Shown one piece after another: positions 36,401 through 48,700 of a stretch of 64,000 bases of DNA. Location: assembly GCA_052426225.1 (NCBI GenBank), contig JBNJNM010000021.1:2604001-2668000 (forward strand). Reading direction: 5' to 3'. Each line of letters starts with the position of its first letter. Within the stretch, counting starts at the first letter, position 1. The stretch is from Zancudomyces culisetae HAW-14-8 (taxonomy: Eukaryota > Fungi > Kickxellomycota). Both the position numbers and the translations under genes were made by a program. Below the pieces are notes generated by a model. That model made no database searches. It worked only from the letters and a program-made list of their open reading frames with translations, and had not been told where the DNA came from.

Positions 36401-36914
36401 GGACGGCCTTGAGAATGACGGAGGTAATTACAAGCTCAACTACAACAAAGTGATTTCAACCAACTCGCTGTTTGATCCCAGTAAATTTCCCAACATAAAC
36501 AACAGCAGTTTGATCAACTTTCAATCGCAGGGCCTTATAAACGTAGTGTTTGTAGACTCAATACCGACATACTTGACGGCAAGTAGAAAAATTCTTTTGC
36601 TGGCGTTCAAAGCAATCACATCTGAACCCAGTGCTTCGCAGGACTCTTTTATCAAATACGTCAAGACGTTATACTACAAGCAATTAATTGACCTGGAGAC
36701 AGCTAACCTACAAAAACTCAATGCCGAACTGGCTGGGTATGGGATTTTCAACCTCAACGGGGCTACCAGTGTGCCAGGGACAACAGCCCAGGCCAACGCA
36801 CCGGCACCCCGCCAAGGCGGGATCTTCTCAAGTATTCTGTCTTATTTGGGTCTATCATCCCATAGCACTACACGTATCCAGCTACCCACTACTTTCTACG
36901 CCCTATCGTCCCAG

Positions 36915-36931
36915 CATCAACACAGAGTGTT
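36915..36931. repeat. Left TSD CATCAACACAGAGTGTT (17 bp including junction microhomologies); right copy at 40158-40174
   Basis: Exact direct repeat flanking the minus-strand LINE. Confidence 0.96.
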
Positions 36932-39900
36932 TTTTTTTTTTTTCGGTAGAAAAAAAATTTATTTAGAAGATAAACAGTTCCTAAAAAAAATAAAAACAAT
37001 CTATAATCTAAACTCATCCTATCCCCCTTCGACTCTCTAGAGTCTCCGTACCCGATGGGCATTGGTTCAAGGGGAGTGGGACTACACTAATGTCTTTCAA
37101 CAATAGGTAGCGAGGTAAAAAGGTCTCGTTAAGAAACCGGGCTGTGGAAACCACTGCTCTAACGCAAGTGGCGTTTGGATCCCGAAGAATCCCAGGTAGT
37201 TTGAGCTTTAACTCCTCCCCCAGGAGTTTACCCACGATTTTCCTGCGAAGCTCAACACACTCGGAAATCGTGCTAGATAAAAAAGAACTATAAAAATCTA
37301 TAAATTCGGTAAGTAAATCCTTCCTAATTTCGTCCCATCTACTGCAATCTAATAAGTAATGCTCAACTGTTTCTTTTTCTTCTTTCTTACAGAACGGACA
37401 TTTGGCTTTGTAATCTGGATCTATAAAACCCGAATTTGCTAATCTCGTGGCGGTCCAAAATTGACCTATTCGAATTCGACCTACGAAAAGAATGTGTTTC
37501 ATGTACTGCGGAAAGGCCGCTTGTAAGTCGACCCAGTTCCTTTGTCGGCCTGCTCCAACTTCCTTTATCCACTTTGTAATATTCGACTTGTCTTTCAGCC
37601 TGTTGTTTATCTCGAGTGTCTCTTTGGTTTTTCTTACCTCTCCGGTTGGTGCATTGTCAATCTTGATCCTGTTGAATCTGTTAGACCACCTTGTGTACCC
37701 TGTGACCCAAGTGTCCTTCGAGTGTTTGAAGGGGTTCTGTATTAAATCTGCTATCCATGTTTTCATGCCACTCCATTTGTGGAATGCTCTGTCTCTAGCT
37801 CTGGTCGTTCTACTGTAAATATCTGTTATATTTAATTCTTCTCGCAATCTCCTCATGCATGTCGATCTGCCCACTCCCATGGCTATTCTCAATGTGTTGT
37901 CCACGGCTTGCTGTATCGGTTTTACCCTTGCTTCAGACATGCCGAACATTTCACCTCCATAACTAGCGACCGCAATGACTATCGACCTAATTACCATCTT
38001 TTTCATCAACAGCGGTGTATTTCTGTCTTTGAGTAGATAGTAGTTGCTCATGGTTGCTCTTTGTACTTTTTCTTTCCTCTCCTGTATGTGTAGCTTGTTA
38101 TTCCAATATTTATTGAATATAACACCCAAGTATTTATATTCATCTACTTCTGGTACTTTTGCACTTCCCAAAAAGTATTCTGGAATCGTAATTTCAATAT
38201 TATTGTTATTTTCGTCGCTTGTTCTATTCACTGCTTCAACTGTCATAATCGCACTCTTGCTAGCATTCACCTTCATGTCCCACTTCTGACACCATTGCTG
38301 CATCATGTTAAGTGCTTCTTGCATCTGTTCTGGAGTGTCTGACAATAAAACTGTATCGTCTGCAAATAGTAGTCCCGGAATTTTTTCTTGAATCCCTGGC
38401 ACTTCTATTCCCTCCATTCCTTCAAATATATCGTTGATAAAAATATCAAAAAGCATTGGTGAGGCTGGGCATCCTTGGCGAACACCTCTTTCGAAGTTCA
38501 TCGCCTCCGATAATCCATTTCCTACCCTTACTTTTATTTTTGCGTTATTATAGAGTTCTTTAATTACTGCCAGTAATTTACCATTAATTTTGTTCATTTT
38601 TAATTTTTTGAATAATAAATTGTGTTGCACTTTGTCGTAGGCTTTTTCAAAATCAATAAAACAAATTATGGTTTTTGTATTATTGATTTTTCGCCTTTTT
38701 ATAATTTCGTATAGCGCTGTGGCTTGAGCTACGCATTCCTCCAGTGTCCTGAATCCCGCTTGCTCTTTTGCTAATAATATATGTCTATTATCTATTAATC
38801 TTAATTTATTAGCGACTATTTTGGCTATAAGTTTGGTTATGGTTGGGATTAGCGAAATCCCCCTATAATTGTTTGGGTCTTTAGTGTTTCCTTTTTTGAA
38901 AATAGGAACGATTACGCTGGTATTGTTTACACTGTTTAACTTTGGATTATTCCAGAATTTTTTAATTATGGTTAATAAAAGTACTGCAAGTTCCGATTCT
39001 GGATCTTCATCGCTCTGTATAAATTTCCAGATTTCGCTCGGAATGCCATCTTCACCCGCTGCTTTGTTTCTCGGAGTTTCTTTTAGCGCTTCTTTAACTT
39101 CTGTCCATGTTGGTTCTTCGTCGCATTCTCTGAAGTAGTCCACTTCCTCCTCTCTTTCTTCTGGGATTGTGCTTAATGCTGAGTTTTCATTCTTCGATAG
39201 CTTGTAGAAATGTTTTATCCATACTTTGAGTTTTTCTGCCTCCTCTGTTATCTCCCTTCCTGATTCATCCAGGACTCCTCCGTTATTAAACACAGATTTT
39301 TTATTTAGAGCTCTCATTTTTAACCATCTCCACATCGTCTTGGCATCATTGCCTTTGATGTGTTCACATAGTTTCACTAACTCCTTTTTATTATGTAATT
39401 TTTGGTCACTTTTTATTAGCTTTGAAGTTTTAGATTTCATCTGGACGTAATCATTATAAAACAGCTCTTTCTCGTGTTCATCACAAGTTCTGAGCATTTT
39501 TTTGAACAATTTGCAACGAAGTTTGATCATCTTTCGCGTTTTTTTACTTAAAAAATGTTGATTTTTTTTGGCTTCGGAATTTTTTTCGGCCAATTTCTCA
39601 TTATTTTTTGGGTTTGGATTATTTTTTCTTGTCATCTTATCCATCAATTTTTTAGTCTCATTAACGGTTTCACTGATTAGTTCGTCAGTTTCGTTAAGAG
39701 ATGTCAAAATTGAAAATTTATTGTGAGTTCTGAACAGTTCTGATTTTTGGTCCAATAGTTTCCGGTTGACAATTTTTTTTTGCTGCTCTGGTTTAATTTC
39801 CTCAATGGTAAAGTTGGCTGTAATAGCCAGATGATCACTGAGGTCAATTTTTTTGTGTAGTTTTGTTGTCACGAATTGTCCTACTGTGGGGGTATAAAAG

Positions 39901-40157
39901 ATGTGATCGATGGTGTTCTTCAGTCGCTTTTTTGTTATCCTAGTTCCGCTTCGTTTCCTTGTCGGGGCTCTCCTGACTATACACCTGAGTTTTTTCAACC
40001 ATGGTGTGACGATGCTCGTCCTCATGTTGAAGTCTCCGCATAGTATTATTTTTATTTCTCTGTTTCTACCGTATTCTTTGTTTATAAAGTCTTCTACTTC
40101 CTTCTTCATCTGTGTCCTTTCTCTGGGCTTGTGTGGTGTGTGTACATTCACAACCAT
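36932..40157 (-). mobile_element. LINE copy Y, 5'-truncated within the endonuclease domain (~3.2 kb), inserted antisense in YME2
   Basis: ORF2 remnant 37014-40157 is stop-free with an intact RT. Poly(T) 36930-36943 on the + strand. Flanked by a TSD. Confidence 0.97.
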
Positions 40158-40492
40158 CATCAACACAGAGTGTTGTTCTTGCTAGACAAGATCCATGCCA
40201 TCAACAATAAGATTGACAACTATGACGAGCTCGTCAACAGCTTATCGTTTTAACCTAGTTTACATACTACTACCTTTTTTTTATACCGCTAATATGAGGT
40301 ATAAACTGCTACTTTATCTTTATACTTTACAGATATTCTTGTTTGTAACGCGCGAAAAGAGCGCAAACGACTTTGAACAATTAACACTTTTATATTTTCA
40401 AGTGAGAACAGAAAAAAGGATGGAAAGAAAAAAGGGACATTGATAATAGTAAAATTATATCGTAAAGGAAAAAGTTTAAAACATTAGATCCT

Positions 40493-41107
40493 TTAACGGT
40501 AGCGGCGCAGAGACAAGGTGTTGTTACGTTTCCAGGTGGCACGTCTTCCTGAGCCAGCTGTCTTATTGAACAAGTGTCCCTTACCTTTACCTCTGTTCTT
40601 CTTACCGATGGAGGTGAGGGCTCTAGCTTCACGTCTCTTGTGAACTGGATTACAGATCCAGTTGATTCTTGGGTTGCGTCTAATGGCCTTGTGGCTTGGG
40701 TCAACAAGGATTACCTCGTAGTACTTGTAGGTGCTATCTTCGTTAATCCAGTATGAGTTCAATACTCTCAAGTTCTTGCATCTTCTACCAACTCTCTCTT
40801 CGGCGGTGGCTCTCAAAGATCTCTTGTATTTCATTTCGTTGATACCATGGTTGACTGGCTTTCCAAATACTGCTCCCTTCTTAACGGGTCTCTTGCGTCC
40901 TCCTCTGCGGACGCGGATTCTGTAAATTACAAATCCTTGAATGGCCTTGTATCCCAATCTTCTGGCCTTGTCTGGTCTAGATGATCTTGAGGCTCTGTGC
41001 ACTACCTTGCGTTGTCTGTATTCCCAGCAACGAACGCGCAACAAAAAGCGCATAACATCGGATTGCTTCTTCTTTTGAAGTTCTTCGAGGTATTTGTATG
41101 CTCCCAT
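40493..41107 (-). CDS. RPL15: 60S ribosomal protein eL15 (204 aa)
   Basis: [44 protein letters not shown] and TAG acceptor (41124) upstream suggest a 5'-UTR intron. Confidence 0.98.
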   Translation of the reverse strand: MGAYKYLEELQKKKQSDVMRFLLRVRCWEYRQRKVVHRASRSSRPDKARRLGYKAIQGFVIYRIRVRRGGRKRPVKKGAVFGKPVNHGINEMKYKRSLRATAEERVGRRCKNLRVLNSYWINEDSTYKYYEVILVDPSHKAIRRNPRINWICNPVHKRREARALTSIGKKNRGKGKGHLFNKTAGSGRRATWKRNNTLSLRRYR

Positions 41108-42796
41108 TTTCGATTAGATTTCCCTATTTTAAAATAAACCAACCCTTTTTAGTATATCCCACTATATACTTTCTTTGCTTAAACAATAGTTAATCTCGAA
41201 TATACAGAATCCACCGCTAGTATTGTCAATTCCGTACTTTCAATATTTAGAAAACAAAAAAGGATTCAAAGCAAATCGACAGATTACAATACGTTGAGAT
41301 TTTGTAATTACTGGATTCGAATTTCCAATGAGTATCACCGCGGTATACGGTAAACCTTTTCCATTTTATCGTAAAGTACACATATACTGTATCATACTTA
41401 ACATATAGACATACTGTAATTACCTTTTAGCCTTGATGTATATTTCTAGACGAACCCTCTTAATATAACTAAAACCGAAATAAAATAGATCTTTTATTTT
41501 ACCCTCCCTCACTTTTAATTTTTTCTAAAAAAAAAAAAAATGGATTGCTAAAGCTAATTACTCAAATAAGCCAAACATAAAAAAATAATTCTGATCATTT
41601 AAGTGGTCCTTTTTTTCTATCATTTCAAAATTTTTTTTTACTCGTTTTTTTAGACTTTCTAATATGTTAATTGAAACCAAGAAGTGTTTCGTTTATGGTA
41701 GATCAAGCAATACCTACTTTAGAGTGTATTTAGGACTTTAACCATAGCTACAAGCCCTTTTTTATTATCTTTATTTACCATCACTTGCACCTCACCTTGT
41801 TGAGTATAGTTCCCATCACTAATTTGAAAATGTGCATAAAGATAAATACTCGCCAGATATAGAAGCCGAACTCAATCATATCTTGTTGATGAACCATGCA
41901 TTTTAGTATGAAATCTTTATTTTCTCTTTACTACACGTGTGTATACCGGGCGTAAGAATTTGTTGAAAATTATCTACAGATGAAAATAAGTCTCCAATCT
42001 TACAGTGATATTTACCGATATATTAAAAGACATTTGTCACAAATTATTCATTTCGTTTTTCTGATTAAACATGAAAATGAGAGAAAAGCAAGATAATTAC
42101 AAGGAACATTTTCTAAACATCACTGATGAGCCCATCCGACTAGTCAGCTGGAATCTCAACTGACTAGTACTATTAGAAATCACAAAACGGTTGGAATTTT
42201 TGTTTTTGCTCAATAAACGTCACTAAAATAAAGGTAAAAGTTTGAACAGTATTGATTGTTTTTGTAAGAAAGGGGGGAAGGGATAGTATAAATATATACA
42301 TCTCTTTATATTTAAAGAAGCTTCCATAACTCGTCGCTGGCAACCAAGTGTATATATACTTGGATCATCTGATGTCATGCTGCCTTTTTTTATATACTTT
42401 TTTTCTTGCCGGTTTGTTCTTAACTCCATATATTTTGTTGAGGTAGTTCAGATTGTATTTGATCAATGGTTTCTAAAGCAAAAAAAAAAATTTTTTTCAA
42501 TAAAACGGGTGGTTTAATTTTAGCTCAGGTAATTAATGGCATGGTTGCGAAATGAAGATACTGATGATAAACGAATGAAGGGAGGGGGAAAAAAGCAAAT
42601 TTTGGAACTGGGCAGCAGTTTTTTTTTTCCACCTCCAGAATTGATTTCAGGAATTATCATTTGAGAGCGTTTTTAAGATTTAAATAACATTAGTGAATGT
42701 TTTGATAGAAAATTAGACTATAACCAAGTTCTACAAAATCGTTAATTTACACGGGTTGAATAAACAATAGAAGTACAAAAGTAAATCCAGTTTAAA

Positions 42797-43792
42797 ATGT
42801 TTGGAAGGATAGTACCACGACTAGCTGTTGCTAGAAAATTTGCACGATCAAATCCAAAGTCGTTAGTAGATCAGTATAAAACGATCAGCTCATTGTATAC
42901 ATCAAGAAAAATGAGCACATTGACACAAGAAAATAATACAGAAAATCTCCAAAGCAACGAGATACCTGTAAAGAGCAAGTATTTGACTAAAGAGTTAGAA
43001 TCAAAGCTGCTGGCTAATCTGGGCTCTCTGGAAAACGAATTAGGGATAAAATTCTCCGCAACCAACAAGCTGGAAATAACACGACTGTTTGTTCACAAAT
43101 CGTTTATGCACGGAAGGATATTTACAAACGAACGGTTAGAAATGATGGGGAAAAAAGTCTTAAACTTGACAACAACGGAGTACCTGATGGCGAATGAAAA
43201 CACGCATGGATTAACATTTGAGGAAATCGAGTATTTGAGAAAAGCATACTTTGGCACCCATCAGCTATCTAAGCTTGCTGAAAGAATAGGACTATCCAAG
43301 TATGTCTTGTGGACTGCAACGACAAACGGCAAAGAGAAAATATTTGGAAAGGCTTTTTGCGCATTAGTTGGAGCGATATACGTTGATCTCGGATCTGTCC
43401 AGACAAAACAGTTCTTGGATAAGCATCTATTTGCAAACATTAATGTTGATGCTAGTGTTGTTGAATACCTTACGGATTCTCCAAAGTCAGTGTTTATGGA
43501 AACCTTGAAGGTTAACAAAATCAACCCATCACAAATCAAAAGTATAGTTGTGAACAATAACAGCTCAGGAAGTGAAATCAGCAACCATTTCACACTGACG
43601 CCTCATGAAGTTCATACTGTTGCCTTATATATCGGAAAAAACAAGGTTGGTGAAGGAAGTAGTACAAAAAGCATTGCTGCTGCTGAAACAAAAGCCATCC
43701 GTGATGCACTATTAATTAGATTCAAAGACACCAGATATAAAGGCAGTGTGGAACAGCTGGACTATGAAGAGAACCAAATATCTTTCCTATAA
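42797..43792 (+). CDS. RNase III-like mitochondrial ribosomal protein (mL57/mL44 family, 331 aa)
   Basis: Arg-rich presequence, HKSFMHG...NERLEMMG degenerate RNase III signature, ALVGAIYVD, dsRBD-like C-terminus (GEGSSTKSIAAAETKA). Confidence 0.75.
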   Translation: MFGRIVPRLAVARKFARSNPKSLVDQYKTISSLYTSRKMSTLTQENNTENLQSNEIPVKSKYLTKELESKLLANLGSLENELGIKFSATNKLEITRLFVHKSFMHGRIFTNERLEMMGKKVLNLTTTEYLMANENTHGLTFEEIEYLRKAYFGTHQLSKLAERIGLSKYVLWTATTNGKEKIFGKAFCALVGAIYVDLGSVQTKQFLDKHLFANINVDASVVEYLTDSPKSVFMETLKVNKINPSQIKSIVVNNNSSGSEISNHFTLTPHEVHTVALYIGKNKVGEGSSTKSIAAAETKAIRDALLIRFKDTRYKGSVEQLDYEENQISFL

Positions 43793-44030
43793 GTCACCTG
43801 GTTTGTGATAAGCCCCCTTGATCCCTTCCTCCCCTTCCATTTATAACAATTTTTTTTAGGACGATAACAACATATAAATAATGATGTTAATGTGTTTTTT
43901 ATTTGAAATAAAGGACATAAAAAAAATTAATAGTCACATGAATATTTAATATCTATGTACTTGAAAAAGTATCATTATAAAACAAATATAAGGATTTTTT
44001 TTTCCTTTTACATTGCCAAAGAAGAAAAAA

Positions 44031-45743
44031 TTAGCCAAGAAAATCAGATCCGAAATCATCATCAGCAGAACTACCTCCAACACCTTGGTCAAAAAAACCA
44101 GGGTTGCTGTCATTAGGATCAAATGAGAGTAGATTTTCAGGCTTGACGATGCGTTCAAGTAGAACATCAAAGTCGGACATATCGCTACTGGTAGATTCGG
44201 GAGTTGATGGTGTGGTATTTGAGATGGGAGTTATTATAGTTGGGGAGCCAGTCGCAGAGTCGCTTTGCTTTAAAGTTTCCCATAGCTTTTGGCTGTCCAT
44301 CATACGCTGGGAGTGACTCTGGTACTGGACTCTCATACTATCAATACAACGCTCAAACAAAAGTTGATCGCTAAGCATAAAATACTTGTAAACAGCGTTT
44401 GCTTGGTGATGGATGTTGCTGTTCCAGTGAGATTTACATGAATAGAATACCTCTTTCAAAACAATAGGCATAATTGCCTCCAAAGTCATATTAATTAGCT
44501 GGATGATATGATCATTTCTCCAAAATGAAAACGCCCTTTCGGCAACCTGGAACTGTGGGGAAACAATACACTTCGACAACCGCGAAAATAGCTGGCAATG
44601 GAAAGTTTCAAATTCTTCAACAGTAACTACTTCTAAAATCTCTTCAATTTCATTCAAGTACATAACCTCCTTTGATGAATTGGTTTTTGGCCAGTACTTG
44701 AGTAGTTGAAAGACTATCTCAGTAGACAGCGCAGGTTCCTTTTCAATAAATTGAACTGTGCAGTATGCTAACTGCGGATGAAAATTGCACAAATGTTTAG
44801 CCTTGTGTAATGGTAACAACACCCTCTTTAAGAACACTTTGTGCTCCTCCTTCAATGGTGTTGTAAACCCATTTATTATAGACCCCAATATCTCCAGTAG
44901 TTCTGTTATCCCATTAAAATTTTCATTCTCGTACACAAACTGCAAGAATATATAGTTAATCGACTTTCTTATAAAGGCCCTTAGACCTAGCAACTTTCCA
45001 TATATCCGATGTAAGATTGTTTTTAGCATCTCTCTCTCTCTTATATCCTCGCTGTCAAATAACGCCAAAAGCTTTGTGCAGAATCTGCTGTCTATATACT
45101 TTCTTGCTATTCCTTCATCAAATGTTGGACTTTCCAAAAACCTCAGAAAAAAGCCATAAACCAACTCCAAATGTGGCCAACTCACTTCGCTAATCATGTC
45201 ATCTTCTTCATCAAATGCCTCTGCCATACCTCCACCTCCATTGATACCCGTCCCCCCATTGACCTCATCTGCTTGCGGACTTAAATCACGGAACATATTG
45301 TTGGATACCATATTTATCGTCGCGCTGTATACTAATTCGCTACGGCTGATTCCATATCTTCCTACATACTCTATTATTTCTTCTAATGTTACTCTTTTCG
45401 CTTCCTTTCCCTTAATATTTTCTTCTGCTTTCCCAAAGTCAAATAAAATGTTACACTGCTCCACCTTCTTTAAAAACAGTCGTAGCTTATCCTTCTCACT
45501 GTTTTTTTCATCGTCTATCTGTGGAAACACTAAGAATTCAGCTCTATTACTTCCCGGTTTGGGCTTGTTTGGATTCTCCCTCTTTTTCTTTTCGTTACTC
45601 AGCTTTCGAGCATTTTCGTTTGCGTTTGTTGGACTCGTTGGACTCGTTGGACTTTTTGGAATTGTCGGATTTATTGTTGCTTTTTCTATACTCATTGGTT
45701 TGTTTCCTATTCCAGAGACCAGTGGCTCCTCCCTTTTTAGCAT
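44031..45743 (-). CDS. PP2A regulatory subunit B'/B56 (Rts1/Par1-like, 570 aa)
   Basis: SWPHLELVY, LFDSEDIRERE, ELLEILGSIINGF, YWPKTNSSKEV, QFQVAERA. Confidence 0.95.
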   Translation of the reverse strand: MLKREEPLVSGIGNKPMSIEKATINPTIPKSPTSPTSPTNANENARKLSNEKKKRENPNKPKPGSNRAEFLVFPQIDDEKNSEKDKLRLFLKKVEQCNILFDFGKAEENIKGKEAKRVTLEEIIEYVGRYGISRSELVYSATINMVSNNMFRDLSPQADEVNGGTGINGGGGMAEAFDEEDDMISEVSWPHLELVYGFFLRFLESPTFDEGIARKYIDSRFCTKLLALFDSEDIREREMLKTILHRIYGKLLGLRAFIRKSINYIFLQFVYENENFNGITELLEILGSIINGFTTPLKEEHKVFLKRVLLPLHKAKHLCNFHPQLAYCTVQFIEKEPALSTEIVFQLLKYWPKTNSSKEVMYLNEIEEILEVVTVEEFETFHCQLFSRLSKCIVSPQFQVAERAFSFWRNDHIIQLINMTLEAIMPIVLKEVFYSCKSHWNSNIHHQANAVYKYFMLSDQLLFERCIDSMRVQYQSHSQRMMDSQKLWETLKQSDSATGSPTIITPISNTTPSTPESTSSDMSDFDVLLERIVKPENLLSFDPNDSNPGFFDQGVGGSSADDDFGSDFLG

Positions 45744-48700
45744 TCTTTTAATTTTTTTATCCTCTATGTTTGGTTTTCCCCTTTTTTAAGACGATATTTC
45801 TTCGCACCTCGCTCTTTGTGTTTATTTTACAGGCTAAAGCAACAAAATTTATTTAAACCAAAGGTTGATAATAGAATGAAAGAGAATCTTCAGGTTACTT
45901 TGTTCATCAATCTAATCGCTGACCAAGTTCCCCTAGGTACTATTATTTTTCTTGCACGACCAGCAAAAATAAAAGAAAGTATTTGTGTATACCTTTGATA
46001 TTGGATAAATAAACAAGTTGGTTTAGTGTTATGCTTTTTAGTTTTAATTTTGTGGTATTAACTTTTTAGTTTTATTCGTATTTTAGTGAATTTGTTTTGA
46101 TAAAAAAAAAAGTGTTTAAGCTCACAAAGACCAGTACATTATTTTATCAGCACACTTTCCCCTGTTTTAATCGTTTCTTTCATGTAAATGTGCGATGACT
46201 TCAATAAGTTTCACTAATTTTTTTTAGTCAGAAAAAAAACTGCTTTAACAACAATTATAGTTTAATAGCGAAATTTTCATTTTTGTACCCTTTAATTCAT
46301 GGAGTCAACAAATCAATAACTAGCTTTCAAACTTGAATGTTTTTATTTAAATTTTAAAAAAAATATTTTTTTTATTTAATTTGGTTGATTTATTTTTTGG
46401 AGCAAATATTATTGTTTGGAGAGGCAAGTCTCAATCAAATCATCTTGTTCAACATATAAGACAAAAAAGTTTCCACAGCCTTATGCCATTGTATTGTGGA
46501 TTTATTCGCCAAATACACGCAAAAAAAATTTTTTTGCTTTATTAATAATATCTATATCAATGAACTGATTTGTATTTGCTAATTGTGATTACATTTAAAT
46601 TTTTATAGTTTATACCCTATTGAAATTCAGAAAACCTCACTTTGTTATAAATCTGCACGAATTTTATTCACAATCTAAATATGTATTCATCTTGTGTGCA
46701 TGTATTTTTTTAATGGGGCAAAATAGGACTGACAAAGCCGTCACAATATGAAGATTGGTAATGCACAAATGAGAACTAGGTAAGGTGATAAAACCAGCTA
46801 TCCCAACACCATAATCAAAAACCAATAAACAGCAGAATTATTTGGTAATCGAATTTCACACTTCCGGATGGTGTTTTCGCCAACCCTGCTATAAATTTTC
46901 ACAGCATACCCGACATTCCAAGATCAAGTATATTCTGATGGGCAAAAAAGCTAAACTATGGTTTATAATCTATGAAAATTTACACATGTAATTTTAGCAC
47001 TTAACTAACCCAAAAACTTCGACTAAAGTACACTACATAATATCAAAGATTTGTGTACCTAAAGCGGATACCTTGGTACAGCTGTGTAGCTTATAAACAT
47101 TCTAATATCAAAAAAGAGCACATGTAGTTTGGTAGCTATGTGGAGGTATAATACGTATTTGTGTATTTGTATAAATCGCAAACAGTCAATACCAGTCTAT
47201 GCTGGTGTTAGGACAGTATCTCCCGCTGTACATAAGCACCTTCTTTAATACACAAGTTATCTACTCTATTTGGGGGATATTTCTAGAGTTCTAATGATAA
47301 AGGCTTGTCACCGTCATGACGAAAACATAGCAAAATATATTTATTAAGTGTACTACACAAGACATTTGGATAAAATTTAGCTTTTTTTTTTATTTGTTAA
47401 ATACAAATACTAAATGTATGTAAAAGTGATGAAAACAGCAGTGGATGTCACAATGTATTTGATATTTGCAAAACTATGTTACACACTCTCTCCTACTTTG
47501 CACAACATAGCTAGCTACGTATGTACCAGGAGCAATGATAGCACTCAGAATATAATGACGACACACAGTGCTGGTTTCTAGTGGTAAGTGTCAAGGTCCT
47601 GGTATTAGGTGGTGTGTTTTATGATGTGATGGAAAATCCTTAGTTTTAGCTCCTCTCTTTTCCCCTATATTCACCAATATGAATATACCACTCGTACTTT
47701 TTGGTTCAACTTTGTATACATGACACAATTTGTACATTTTATTTTTCTAACCGGGTAGCTTAAACTGCTTTTTGATGGCTCTATATCTTTACTTTCATTA
47801 TTTAACTATAATCATTTTCATATATTTTACTAAAGCGTACTAATTCAAAGATTTGTGAGAAAATGCAACATGTCACAACAATATAAATCAGTCGTGCTCA
47901 TATGTACACCAAAAACCAACCAATTTAGCTTTTGTACGTGCACCACGCACGTAGGCCATATTTTAACAGTATTCCCATCCGCACACATGTATTTAGTCAT
48001 GGATTGGTAGATCGTTTTAAATTTTGCATTTTTCCCTTCGTCCACAATATATTGAGTGTTTAGTACATGAGTTGATTAAATTTAGAACCAATCTGAGCGA
48101 ACTCTCCCCTTGATTTAGAGCTTTTCTAACTTCTGACAAATGAATCGAAATCCCCTACCAAATATATATATATATATATCAATCTGGTAAAAAAAAGTAT
48201 TCAGTAGTTTTATCATGACTTGAATATTACCCTGTATAATTTCTTCATACTTTTACACTTTTTTTACACAAATGCTAGCGACGGCACTTTTAGTAGTTTC
48301 AGTATGCCAATAATTTAGTGTTGGAATAGCAATAGCAATAGAAAATACACACTAACAGTCGCCTATGTTTAAACCAGGCCCTTTTATGCAAGGTCAAAGC
48401 ACCAAAGAAAACGATTTCGTTTTTGTCAAAAAAAAACCTCAAGAACACTGAATAATTGATCTACCGCCGCCTACTTACCGACCCAGTATCATTAGTGGTA
48501 CAATCGAGCCAACCGAGTTTTGTTTTGAAATATGTGTTGTGGTATTACCAAAGTTCGCCTTTCACATTTTGATTCATTATTATGGTGATTATTTGGTATT
48601 TTATACTGGGATTTTGATAACCAATTTTGTGGTGTATTTTTCTGGCAAATGACAAAAAAAAAACAAAATCAGATTACAGTATTTGATCTTTTGTGCTATC

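Larger units (their letters stand above)
33850..40253 (+). pseudogene. YME2: YME2/RNA12-like mitochondrial inner-membrane protein disrupted by a LINE; exons ~33850-34059, 34186-34361, 34439-36931, then the displaced tail 40175-40253
   Basis: Mitochondrial-presequence-like N-terminus, RFRDGGA, RRM-like segment (FREYGRI), single TM helix, P-loop GPEGVGKG. Removing the LINE and one TSD restores ...HQHRVLFLLDKIHAINNKIDNYDELVNSLSF*. The allele may still express a chimeric protein ending at 37040. Confidence 0.82.

Noticed and set aside
36946-40170. Splicing-out of the LINE from YME2 (GTAGAA donor at 36946 to AG at 40169-40170 would restore the frame)
   Set aside because: Weak donor, GAG acceptor preceded by a better but out-of-frame CAG, no branch point or pyrimidine tract, and a 3.2-kb intron in a short-intron genome.
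166-40185. Many short ORFs repeated within LINE copies (61-aa MDKGSWSRP..., antisense MCFMYCGK..., MSACSNF...)
   Set aside because: Alternate-frame or antisense shadows of ORF2. They recur only because the DNA is repeated.
42123-42179. Hammerhead-ribozyme or C/D-snoRNA-like motif (CTGATGA, 9-bp stem ACTAGTCAG/CTGACTAGT, GAAA)
   Set aside because: The stem does not abut the core boxes, stems I and III are absent, and C-to-D spacing (about 40 nt) is too short for a snoRNA.
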